Origin: Eledone cirrhosa
Taxonomy: Eukaryota
NCBI GenBank assembly: GCA_964016885.1
Contig: OZ024741.1
Coordinates: 265,112,001-265,176,000, forward strand
Length of the DNA stretch: 64,000 nt
Direction of reading: 5' to 3'
Shown: piece by piece, positions 13,640 to 24,830 of the stretch
Layout: each line of letters starts with the position of its first letter
How positions within the stretch are numbered: the stretch's first letter is position 1
Translations under genes and position numbers: made by a program
The notes under the pieces: model-generated
What the model was told of the DNA's origin: nothing
Seen by the model: the letters and a program-made list of their open reading frames with translations, nothing else
Database searches by the model: none

Positions 13640-13950
13640 ACCCAATACTGGACTGCGATATTTTCTTTAACGATCTCAAAGATGAAAATCAAAATTGATC
13701 TCGGCGAGATTTGAACTCAGAACGCAGAGACGGACCGAACGCTGCAAAGCATTCTATCCGACATTCTAACCACTACTATTTTATATTACAGACGATGAAT
13801 TGGCGAAGTCGTTAGAATGTCGGATAGAATGCTTTGTGGTATTTGCTTCGACTCTCTGCATTCTGTGTTCAAATTCCGCCGAGGTCAACTTTGCCTTTCA
13901 TCCATTCGAAGTCGATAAAGAAAATACCAGTCAAGTACTGGAGTCGATTC
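13640..13950. mobile_element. Head-to-head pair of older Nin/Deu SINEs (- 13640-13772, + 13795-13950)
   Basis: B-box GTTCAAAT and GCCTTTCATCC..GTCGATAAA core on opposite strands. Confidence 0.7.
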
Positions 13951-14354
13951 TTCCTCGGTATTTCTCTCTCACTCGCTATCTCTCTCTCCTTCTCTGGAAG
14001 AAATCTGCTGTACTCAGACCTGGAGAGGGATTAGGCACCGCCATGTTTTAAAATGTTCTAAGAAACGCCGTATGTCAATATGGCGCTCCTACGACTTCCC
14101 TCTGGAGTTAAGGATCGATACCATACCAATATAAAATAGAATCGAGTAAATAAAACGAAATGAAACATCACTAGTAGGTCTACAGGTACAGCCGCCCTCC
14201 ACAAGCCCGGCCGCTAGGTTAATAGGGGTTAGATTAAAATATAAACCATGTGTAAGTTTCAGTGTATATTAATGTATGTAGTGATAGAGAGTTGTTTCAA
14301 AGTTAGAGAAGTTAAAAACAAGCTTGGAACTAATACTACCAGAGGTTATTCTAT

Positions 14355-14560
14355 ATCATCATCATCACGTCTCTCTTCCACGCTAGCATGGGTTAGACGG
14401 GAATTGTCTCACTTGAGGCAAGATTGGTCGGGTGACCGTGTCTCGCTCGTATGGGACTGCCTGGAAGGTTTTCTACGGCTGGATGCCCTTCCTAACACCA
14501 ACCACATTTACAGTGTGGACTGGGAACTTTTTACCGTGTTACCTACACGGCCACATTACA
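14355..14560 (-). mobile_element. RTE-related SINE/non-autonomous element with (GAT)n tail
   Basis: Minus strand has GGAAGGGCATCCAGCCGTAGAAAACC ... CCCATGCTAGC ... (GAT)n. Relatives at 58575-58860, 60140-60175 and 63565-63880. Confidence 0.6.
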
Positions 14561-14761
14561 GCGTGGACTGTGTGTTTTTTTTTTGTCGTGACACCTACAC
14601 GACCTCATTAGTTTGGACTGGATGTTGTGATGCCAACATAACTTTACAGAGAAAGGGGTGGTGTTGGTGGGAGTGGGAGGATGGAGTAGGGGTAGTGGGT
14701 TGGGGTGTATATTTGGTTAAGAGGTGCCTCTTAACCAAATATACAGTCCAACCATATACAT

Positions 14762-15596
14762 ATCTATATCTAGATATGTATCGATATGACCAGAAGTGAT
14801 TGATTCAGTATCTAAATATGTATCGATACGACCAGAAGTGATTGGTTCTGTATCTAAATATGTATCGATATGACCAGAAGTGATTGGTTCTGTATTTAAA
14901 TATGTATCGATATGACCAGAAGTGATTGGCTCTGTATCTAAATATGTATCGATATGACCAGAAGTGATTGGTTCTGTATCTAAATATGTATCGATATGAC
15001 CAGAAGTGATTGATTTTGTATTTAAATATGTATCGATATGACCAGAAGTGATTGGTTCTGTACCTAAATATGTATCGATATGACCAGAAGTGATTGGTTC
15101 TGTATTTAAATATGTATCGATATGACCAGAAGTGATTGATTCTGTATCTAAATATGTATCGATACGACCTTAAGTGATTGGTTCTGTATCTAAATATGTA
15201 TCGATACGACCAGAAGTTATTCTATATAGAAACACGTATCGATACAAACAAAAAGTGATTAATTTTGTGTCTAGTGAGCGATACGACTAGAAGTGATTCT
15301 ATATCTAGATACGTATCGATACAACCAGAAGGTATTGTGTGTCTAAATATGTTATCGATACGACCAGAAGTGATTTTGTAGTTAAATATGTATCGATATG
15401 ACTTGAAGTGATTGATTCTCTATACGTGATCGATACAACCAAAAGTGGTTCTATATCTAAATACGTATCGATACGACTAGAAGTGATTCTATATCTAAAT
15501 AGATATCGATACTACTAGAAGTGATTCTATATCTAAATACGTATCGATACGACTAGAAGTGATTGATTCTGCAGTTAAATACGTATAGATACGACT
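14762..15596. repeat. 42-bp minisatellite (TATGTATCGATATGACCAGAAGTGATTGGTTCTGTATCTAAA), about 20 copies, decaying to 38-bp units
   Basis: GACCAGAAGTG at 14788, 14830 and onward. Confidence 0.95.
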
Positions 15597-15749
15597 CTGA
15601 TCAATAGATTTTAATCAATTTCTACAGAGTATACACGAAGTAAAAAATATATATTCCAATGTCACGTGTTTTAACCAGGATTCTTTTTAGTGTAAAACTA
15701 CTCTGAAGAATATAATGTACAAACAACCCTATATTATTATTTGTTATGG

Positions 15750-15940
15750 CGCTCGATTGGCAGTATCGGTAGAGGGTCGGACGCCATGCTTTGACGCATG
15801 AAGTTACGGCCCTTGCCATTCTGAGTTCAAATCCCGCCGAGGTTAACTTTGCCTTTCATCCTTACGGGGTCGATAAAATAAAGTACCAGTAATACACTGG
15901 GTAATTGCTGGCCTTGTGCCAAAAGTAGAAACAATTATTA
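15750..15940 (+). mobile_element. Nin/Deu SINE, full length
   Basis: A/B boxes, core and (ATT) tail. Confidence 0.88.
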
Positions 15941-15963
15941 TTTGTTGTTGTTGTTGTTGTTGT

Positions 15964-16030
15964 CAGTGCCGGATTACCTATAAGCTAAATAAGTTATAAG
16001 TTAGGGCCCCACACCCACGGGGGCGTGGGC
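15964..16030. mobile_element. hAT-like (Tip100-type) non-autonomous element end
   Basis: CAGTGCCGGATTA...TTAGGGCCCC terminus. A possible degenerate partner lies near 18320-18356, and a similar end at 56352. Confidence 0.45.
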
Positions 16031-16202
16031 TCATTTAAAAAATATATTTTTTCATCTTATCATTAGTTTTTATTCATATAAAAATTCTATACGTACATGT
16101 GTATATATATATATGTGTGTGTGTGTAAAAGGTAAACAGAAATAACAACACAGTATATGGAAGGGATATATTAGGTTAACGCTTGATATAGCAGGAAGAG
16201 GG

Positions 16203-16238
16203 CCTTAACGTTTCGGACGCTAGTCCTTCATCAGAAGA
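16203..16238 (-). ncRNA. Minimal hammerhead ribozyme motif (Penelope type)
   Basis: TCTT-CTGATGA-a-GGAC-tagc-GTCC-GAAA-CG-TT-AAGG, with palindromic AACGTT in place of stem III. Confidence 0.7.
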
Positions 16239-16350
16239 AAGAATGAGAAATAACAGGTCCATTCATGTTGATATCTCTTGCAAAACTGTTAGTGCTGGTG
16301 TTTTGTGTATGATTTATTTTTTAGAAAAGTGGATGATGGCGCGCGTCTAC

Positions 16351-16385
<35 letters not shown>

Positions 16386-16439
16386 CATACGGTATATTGC
16401 CAAATAAACTATACATACATTCATATATATATATATATA

Positions 16440-17827
16440 TATAAACGTTTGAATATGTGTAATAAGGCCAAGACAATGCAGGTATGGACATAGAAAAAAG
16501 AATGCAATAGTGAAAGATATTGATGTGAATTCGTCTTTCACCTTGAATTTATTTAAATGTTCTTAATTTTCGAGATAATATCTCTTCTTCGGAGGGAAGT
16601 AAAGGTCTCAAACCAGCGTCTTTAAATCTCTAGTGAAGCCATGCTGACCGGAAATAGTATAGAGTATCTGTTCTAACTCTAATATCACAGAATTAAAATT
16701 AGGTGGTACTCAAACTGAACGGATACACGACATCCACCACAAACCGTGCCAGAAAGAACAGAGGACACCACACCCGAGGCACTAACACTTGCTTCCTGAA
16801 GCTCCCACACTTCAGTGAAGAAACAACAACAGCCATCCGCAGAGCCATCAGACGAGAGGGACTGGATATCCAACTGGCCCACTCGGGTCCTTCTTTGCGC
16901 GGACGGCTGGCTAAGAGACACTCCACCAGACATGACAACTGCTGCAGACTAGCCAATTGCCCCATCAACGACACAGACCTATGCCACCAGGCTTACGTAG
17001 TATACAGACTAGAGTGTGACAAATGCAACAACTTCTACGTAGGTAGCACCACCAGACCACTCCACATAAGAATAAAAGAACACCTCAATACTAACGCTTC
17101 CTCATTTAAGAAACACCTAGTTAAATGCAAAAACACCGATAAAAACATAACAGTTAGGATAGAAACTAAGGAAAGAAACCTCGGCAATCTTAGAATTAAG
17201 GAAGCACTTATTATAGATAGAACACATCCACCAATCAATAATAGACTAGAGCTCAACACCCAATTTATAACCTGATAGGGCCTCTAGCCCCATTTTTACA
17301 CACCCCACACACACGCACGCGCACACCTCCACTTATTCTCTCTCACACATACACACACAAAACCAGTTCTAACACCAGATAACACCTACCCCCCACTTTT
17401 ACGATTAGACCTATCTTCCCACACTCTCACACACACACCCACATACCTACACCTTCATGCATTCTCCCACACACATATACAGGCACGTATATAAAATTTA
17501 AAAAAAAAAAAAAAAAAAAAAACCTAAACAAACCCCTCTTAAAGGGAGACTACTCTTTATCCACCTAATTTTAATTCTTTGATATTAGAGTTAGAACAGA
17601 TACTCTATACTATTTCCGGTCAGCATGGCTTCACTAGAGATTTAAAGACGCTGGTTTGAGACCTTTACTTCCCTCCGAAGAAGAGATATTATCTCGAAAA
17701 TTAAGAACATTTAAATAAATTCAAGGTGAAAGACGAATTCACATCAATATCTTTCACTATTGCATTCTTTTTTCTATGTCCATACCTGAATTGTCTTGGC
17801 CTTATTACACATATTCTAACGTTTATA
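16440..17827 (+). mobile_element. 5'-truncated Penelope-like retroelement with inverted pseudo-LTRs
   Basis: 267-bp near-perfect inverted arms (16440-16706 and 17561-17827) enclose a GIY-YIG ORF end and a 3' UTR. Confidence 0.92.
16703..17275 (+). pseudogene. Penelope ORF C-terminus: Cys-rich linker plus GIY-YIG endonuclease (RT missing)
   Basis: VVYRLECDKCNNFYVGSTTRPLHIRIKEH...IKEALII...PPINNRLE. Confidence 0.92.
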
Positions 17828-17865
17828 CCTCATTACACAATGCTTCAAGTGAACTATAACCTCCT

Positions 17866-17940
<75 letters not shown>

Positions 17941-17942
<2 letters not shown>

Positions 17943-18118
17943 GTTTAATATAGAAATGGCCTCTACAGGACTAGAACTGGTTCACTCAAAAGAAATCATC
18001 AGAAATGAAACAGTTCTAATCCTGTAGAAGCCATTTCTATATTGAACATGATGTTTACACTCTACTCATGAATTGAATACCTTACTTGCTGTGGTTACTC
18101 CCGATTCAACCCGGGACT
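17941..18118. mobile_element. Penelope-like terminal fragment with short inversion (arms 17941-17984 and 18006-18049)
   Basis: Same family as 312-440. Confidence 0.55.
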
Positions 18119-18119
18119 C

Positions 18120-18225
<106 letters not shown>

Positions 18226-18534
18226 CTTTATCATTAACATTAATATAAAAAATATTAATCATGTGTAATTATTTTAAATTTTCTACCCTAATTTTTTTAT
18301 GGAAGAACCTCAAATTTCCTATAGCTTGGGGCCTCAGCGGGTGAAAGAGAGCCCCGTTGTTGTTGTTGTTGTTGTTGTTGCTTGGCTCCATAATCCAAGG
18401 TATTCAAATTAGGAATATTCTGTATATTTCTTTTCAGATATATTGTATTTCGGACTACATTGTCTAAGATGTAGGCGGATGATTGACAGAGTTGTTAGAA
18501 TGTCGGATAGAATACGTGTCTATATTGGTTCTGG

Positions 18535-18655
18535 TGATGGCGTGTGGCTGAGTGGTTAGAGAATTGGATTCGCAATCGTAAGGTTGTGAGTTCGATTCCT
18601 GGACCGGGCGAGGTGTTATGTCCTTGAACAAGACACTTTATTTCACGTTGCTCCT
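18535..18655 (+). mobile_element. tRNA-derived CORE-type SINE
   Basis: A-box TGGCTGAGTGG, B-box GAGTTCGATTCC and CORE-like TGTCCTTGAACAAGACACTT. Confidence 0.75.
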
Positions 18656-19011
18656 TCTACTTGGAGTTGCGACCGATAGATAGTATTAGCAATTGGAAAG
18701 ACCAATGGAAACATTGTTTCCTCGGTCCTATTTGACGAAAGTCGATCGACTGTCGATTGGTTCTGGTTCACTGTGTTCAAATCTCTCCGATGACAACTTT
18801 GGAGGTCGATAAATGAAGTACCCTCTCAATACTACTGCAACTCTTTCTCCCTTTAGCTGCTACGTCCTTGGTGATTCGTTGGATCAAGAGTGGAAGTGTA
18901 GAAGGGACGTCTGTGCCTATGAATACATGAATACGTAAAACCTCGTAGACTGAATACACCCGTGGAATGTATCTAAATGTAGTACCTATTTCTTATAGGA
19001 TCCCTTGATTT

Positions 19012-19470
19012 TTGGAGACGAGTGGCCTAGTAGTAGGTGTGTTGTATTTAAGATCATAATTCCGTGCGTTGGACTGGGTTGTGTGCTATGTTCCACGTTG
19101 CTGGACTTACGATCATAATGTTTGGAGTTCAAATTCCTGGATTGGGTTGTGTGTTGTATTCTTGAGCAAAACACTTCATTCCACGTTGCTCCAGTATACT
19201 CAGTAGAAGTACGTGGCCCAGTGGTAAGGGTGTTGACTTACGATCATAATGTTTGGAGTTCAATTCCTGGATTGGGTTGTGTGTTGTATTCTTGAGCAAA
19301 ACACTTCATTCCACGTTGCTCCAGTATACTCAGTAGAAGTACGTGGCCCAGTGGTAAGGGTGTTGGACTTACGATCATAATGTTTGGAGTTCAATTCCTG
19401 GATTGGGTTGTGTGTTGTATTTCTTGAGCAAAACACTTCATTCCACGTTGCTCCAGTATACTCAGCAGAA
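19012..19470 (+). repeat. Tandem array of CORE-type SINE heads (about 130-bp unit, 3-3.5 copies)
   Basis: GTGGCCCAGTGGTAAGG...GAGTTCAATTCC...TTGAGCAAAACACTT repeated. CCAGTATACT at 19191 and 19321. Confidence 0.85.
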
Positions 19471-19744
19471 AATGACTACCAGCAATAACTTGGGGGCTTA
19501 ACCTTGCTAGAGACAGACTTTAACTTTGCGATGGACAGGTTTCCTGTCTAGTGGGTGTCTTATACTCTCAGTCGCTTCATAGCACTGAAACTGGGATCAG
19601 TACCAGCCCCATGACCCTCCAGGCTTGAGACACACTTTAGACCTAGATTTTTAGATGAGCTTTGCCACGGACACAATACACTAGTAGTGCCACTACTCCT
19701 CGGAGTTACCTGCTTATATATGTCAGAGGGGGGGACTGAAGTTT

Positions 19745-19914
19745 GGTCAGAGAGAGAAGAGTGTGGCGGCAGAGAAAGAAGGATAGATGGTGTGAGTGAG
19801 AGAGGGGGTGTGGAATGAAAGATAAGAAAGAGAGAAAGAGAGAGGTAGAATAGAATAGAGAGTGACAGAGAGGGCTGGGTGGAATAAAAGAGAGGGGTGG
19901 CAGAGAGAGAGAGC

Positions 19915-19945
<31 letters not shown>

Positions 19946-20148
19946 GAATAAAATAGAGAGTGTGACAGAGAGAGATGGAATAAAATAGAGAGAGAAAGAG
20001 AGATGAGGGGGTAGAATAAAAGTGAAAGTGACAGAGAGAAAGAGATGATGAGAGAGAGAGAGAGAGAGAGAGAGGATGTGAAATAAAAGAGAGGATGACA
20101 GAGCGAGGGAGAGAGAGAGATGGAATAAAAGAAAGAGAGAGAGAGAGG

Positions 20149-20205
<57 letters not shown>
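19745..20205. repeat. Degenerate (GA)n tract
   Basis: Direct inspection. Confidence 0.85.
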
Positions 20206-20206
<1 letters not shown>

Positions 20207-20214
20207 TATGAACT

Positions 20215-20400
20215 CGAGATATATGAGCACACTTGGATCTCTTACTCCTGAGCTTCTCCGCAAGAAGATCGGAACGTCGGTGGCTCGTCTGAGGAAGGAG
20301 CCACCCCCACGAAGTGGAGTGGCTGTTGCAACGGGTGTCGCAGGCCATTGTCCACGGGAATGCTTCTGCAATCCTGTCCGCGAGCGAGGCGCAAACCCTT
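20215..20400 (+). mobile_element. CRE-clade LINE 3' fragment (diverged)
   Basis: EWLLQRVSQAIVHGNASAILSA matches EWLFQRYSLAVLRGNAFSILSA at 43600-43660. Confidence 0.7.
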
Positions 20401-20931
20401 TACCACCGCGCCCTCGTCCAGAGCCCAATCCCCCTCAGCCCCACCCCTCTCCATTGTTCTGTGACACTAGAGCCGTTGCCTTTCCCTTCCTTTTCCGGCA
20501 TTTTTTTTTTTTATATTTTCTTATTTAAACCTTCCATTAATGAATCATGAAATGTTAGGTTCAATGTTTGGCAATGTTTGGTCAATGTTTGGCAATGGAT
20601 GTTGAGATGTGTAAAGACCTGTGGTAAAGTTAGAATAACTGACAAGCAATATCTGACAACAATGTCTTACAGAAACCAATATATCTACCAATATCGATAC
20701 TATCTATCGTGTCTTTGCTAGATTGTACCGCAGTAGAGAGTAGAGAGTAGGGAGAGAGAGAGAGGGTGGGGGGTGAGAGAGAGTGACTGAGTCAGTGAGT
20801 GAATGAGAAGGGGGGAATGGGAGATACAGTGTAAGAAAGATAATATATATATAAATATTATATATATATATACTATATATAATATATATATATATTTATA
20901 TACATATGCATAATGAGAGAGAGTTTGTGAC

Positions 20932-21010
<79 letters not shown>

Positions 21011-21391
21011 ATGTATGTGTGTAATTAGAGATGTATGATAGGGGGGTGGTGAGATACCAGAGATGAAAACTCTGTGAAATATCAATGTCTCTTTACTAAT
21101 AATAATATCAACTGACCAGCAGCTTTCAAAACACGTGGAAACAGAGAAGAAACCAAGACTGCACAACTGAGAACTTAACGATTGGTAACTTGGACAAACA
21201 AACAAACAAACAAAATAAATAAATAATAAAATAAGAAAGAGAGAAGGAAGGGCAAAATAATATATTCAGTTAACAACATGTTAAAGGAAGTTGGAACATG
21301 ATCAAGTATCGATTAGTGTTGTCAAACCACCACAGTAACAACACTAATAACAGCAAATACATATCGAAATTATTAATGTTTAATATATGTA

Positions 21392-22093
21392 ATAATTGTT
21401 TCTACTTTTGGCAACAAGGCCAGCAATTACCCCAGTGTATTACTGGTACTTTATTTTATCGACCCCGTAAGGATGAAAGGCAAAGTTAACCTCGGCAGGA
21501 TATGAACTCAGAATGGCAAGGGCCGTAACTTTGTGCGTCAAAGCCTGGCGTCAGACCTTCTACCGATACTGGTAGATTGGAAAAATCGGTTGAAGCGTTT
21601 GTGGTATTTGATTCCGGCTCTCTGCTCTCTCAGTTCAAATCCCGCAGAGGTCAACTTTAACTTTGAGCGACGAATTCGGATTTGAACTGAGAGATCAGAG
21701 AACCGAAATGAATACCACAAAAAAAATCGGTAGAGCAACGGACAAAAAAAATACTTCGGAGGATTTAATTGTGTCCGTTTATGTTTCTGAGTTTAAATTC
21801 CACCGGTAGTGGCTTTAAAATCTATTGGTCAATAAAATCTATTGGTCAATAAAATCTATTGAGATCGGTAAAATCTATCAATGTTAATAAATTAATAACG
21901 AAAATACTTGTTTCTACTTTTTGCACAAGGCCAGCAATTATCCTAGTGTATTACTGGTACTTTATTTTATCGACCCCGTAAGGATGAAAGGCAAAGTCAA
22001 CCTCGGCGGATTTGAACTCAGATCGTAAAGGGACGTAACTATGCTGGAAAGCATGGCGTCCGACCCTCTACGATACTGCCAATCCCACCGCCC
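21392..22093 (-). mobile_element. Nin/Deu SINE copies (21392-21570, 21908-22093) with degenerate SINE pieces between
   Basis: SINE consensus. Confidence 0.8.
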
Positions 22094-22110
22094 TAAAAAT
22101 TGTTGTAGAA

Positions 22111-22183
22111 GACTTCAGGGAGATTCGAACACTGGCCCTCCAGTTTACTAAACTGGCGCTCTAACCAACTGAGCTAATGAGCT
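22111..22183 (-). pseudogene. tRNA-Thr(AGT)-like pseudogene or SINE head
   Basis: TAGCTCAGTTGGTTAGAGC D-arm, CCAGT-TTAGTAA-ACTGG anticodon arm and GTTCGAATC, but T and acceptor stems do not pair. Confidence 0.7.
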
Positions 22184-22304
22184 ACTAAATAATAATGAGT
22201 CATTAGAGCGCCGTCTAAAGTGATTTGTTATGGTATTAGTGCCGACTCTCTGAACTTGTATCAGTTCAAATACTATTCAGGTTAATTTGGTTTTTCATCT
22301 TACA

Positions 22305-22504
22305 NNNNNNNNNNNNNNNNNNNNNNNNNNNNNNNNNNNNNNNNNNNNNNNNNNNNNNNNNNNNNNNNNNNNNNNNNNNNNNNNNNNNNNNNNNNNNNNN
22401 NNNNNNNNNNNNNNNNNNNNNNNNNNNNNNNNNNNNNNNNNNNNNNNNNNNNNNNNNNNNNNNNNNNNNNNNNNNNNNNNNNNNNNNNNNNNNNNNNNNN
22501 NNNN
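22305..22504. other. Assembly gap (200 N)
   Basis: Run of N. Confidence 1.
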
Positions 22505-22647
22505 ATATATATATCCCCTTTCTTTTTCTCTATCTCCATCTCTCGCTTATTTTCTCTTTCTGTCTCTCTCTTCCTCCCACTCCCCCCTCTCTCTCTCTCT
22601 CTTCTCCCCCTCTATCTTTTTCTCTCTGTCCTCTCTCTCCCCACCCC

Positions 22648-22750
<103 letters not shown>

Positions 22751-23193
22751 GGGGGGGGAAATGTTACTCCGCAGTTTTAAAAAATCTTCAATCTCCAATC
22801 ATTATTTCATTAGAGTTCGTTACTCAAGACAAGCACAACACATTCCACAAAACAGGCAAAGAAGGCAATTGCCCCGGGCCCCCAGCTGTGTGTGTGTGAG
22901 GCGGGGGCGGGGCCAATTTATGTGTGCCCTCAGCTGGGCTTTTTAGTTTTAGGATGGTTAGAATTTTTGAATTTAATACCTGTAATGTATTACTTTTCAA
23001 TTCCATTTACTTGCACCAAGCTAACTTTGATATTTAAAATTGGGGGTTTTCTGTGTATTTTAATTATTTGTGTATAACCCACCACCACCACCACCACCAC
23101 CACCACCAAGAAAAAATCTGAAGTTCCCCACGGCCCCCAAGATCTAAATCTAACCCTGGTTGTAAGTTCTCAAAAAATGTAATGTATGACCTA

Positions 23194-23399
23194 CCGTATA
23201 TACTCGAATATAAGCCGAGGAATATGTGACCAAAGGTCAATGATAAAATGGCAGGGAGGGGTCAGCTTATATATGCCACCTAAACAATGTGTTAATTAGA
23301 TGCCTCGGCTTATATACGGGGTTTGGATTTTTGCTCATTTATCAGACATAAATAGGGGTCGACTAATATACGGATCGACTTATATTTGAGAACAGAGAG
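23194..23399. mobile_element. Tc2/pogo-like MITE
   Basis: TA|CCGTATATACTCGAATATAAGCCGA left TIR, internal GGCTTATATAC repeats and degenerate right TIR CGACTTATATTTGAG...|TA. Confidence 0.65.
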
Positions 23400-23437
23400 T
23401 AAGTTTCAATATAGAAACAAATGGCGAGAGAGAGAGA

Positions 23438-23484
<47 letters not shown>

Positions 23485-24401
23485 GGAAGAAAAAGAGAGA
23501 GAGAGAAGCAAAAAAAGAAAGAAGAAAGAAAGAAAGAGAGAGAGAAACAAAAAGGAGAGCAGGAAAAATTGTAAGAACGTAAAAGTGAAAGACGGAATTA
23601 CTGAAGCAATCAACGAATGAATTAATAATAATAATCTATGACTGCTTCAAAAGCCTGGCAAAACTAAAACGTAGCATTACGGAGATGGTTGTAGCCTTTG
23701 GAGGTCTTCCAACACTGATGTTCTGTTTTAAACGATGTCTGTAGACTACACGGGGAGTGGGAGAAGAGAGGTTCAGGAGGACTGCAGCTCTGAGGAAAAT
23801 ATTGGCAAAAGAATTATTTAGTGAGAAATCTAACGGCTGGACAGAGTAAGGGTAACGAAGAGAAAAGAGGGTTACATCTGGTTGGATTGGACGGAAGAGG
23901 GCGGAAGAGTAGTTCAGATGCCGTAGACTAGCTAGAGGTAGGGACGATAGGGGGCAGCGGTCAGCTCCGGGTGACACTTTTACGGGGGCGGCACTTTTGC
24001 GTCTGCTTTAGGCTATCAGCATTCTTTTAATGTTGTAACATAATATTATAATTGTACACAGACTAGTTTATATATATACATATATATTATATATATATAT
24101 ATATGATGATGATGATGATGATTTCTCCCGAATGAAACAGTTCTAGTCCTGTAGAAGCCATTTCTATATTGTATATATATATATATATATATATACAATA
24201 TATACAAACAAATAAACCGAACATTATAATAAATGTTCGGTAAACCCATACGATTATATATATATGTGTGCATGTATGTATATATATATACATACTACTG
24301 TACGTCTGTATACATATATGTATGTACGTATACATACATACTTACATTTAAGTATCAGCCGTACTAAGAGTGAGAAATGAAATTTCGTTTCATTCTTTTC
24401 C

Positions 24402-24456
<55 letters not shown>

Positions 24457-24473
24457 GTATGTATATATATATA

Positions 24474-24578
<105 letters not shown>

Positions 24579-24589
24579 ATATATATATA

Positions 24590-24780
24590 TATTAGAAAGT
24601 GAACAACACAATATAAAACTATTGCATTACCAAAGGTTTCTGGACCCTAGACAATATCAATATACGTCTGGATCGTTCATCAGACAGAGATGTTATAGAT
24701 TGTTGTTCACTTTCTAATTAAATAGCTCTGTTCTATACATAGAGCACTCTTTTTTCCTTTGCTTTTTCTTCAGAATTACC
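24590..24780. mobile_element. Penelope-like terminal fragments in inverted arrangement
   Basis: ATTAGAAAGTGAACAAC / GTTGTTCACTTTCTAAT arms with a hammerhead-like core on minus between them. 24702-24772 is nearly identical to 49518-49590. Confidence 0.55.
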
Positions 24781-24830
24781 TAACATATATATATATATAT
24801 AAGGCAAAGAGATCTTTAATTTGTTGGTAA

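Noticed and set aside
14762-15596. CRISPR-like array (also considered for the 116-bp and 23-bp arrays)
   Set aside because: There are no unique spacers and no cas genes, and the DNA is eukaryotic.
22111-22183. Functional tRNA-Thr gene
   Set aside because: Acceptor and T stems do not pair, so it is kept only as a pseudogene.
23636-23977. 113-aa minus-strand ORF as a gene
   Set aside because: It resembles a decayed LINE 3' end and has no splice or conservation evidence.
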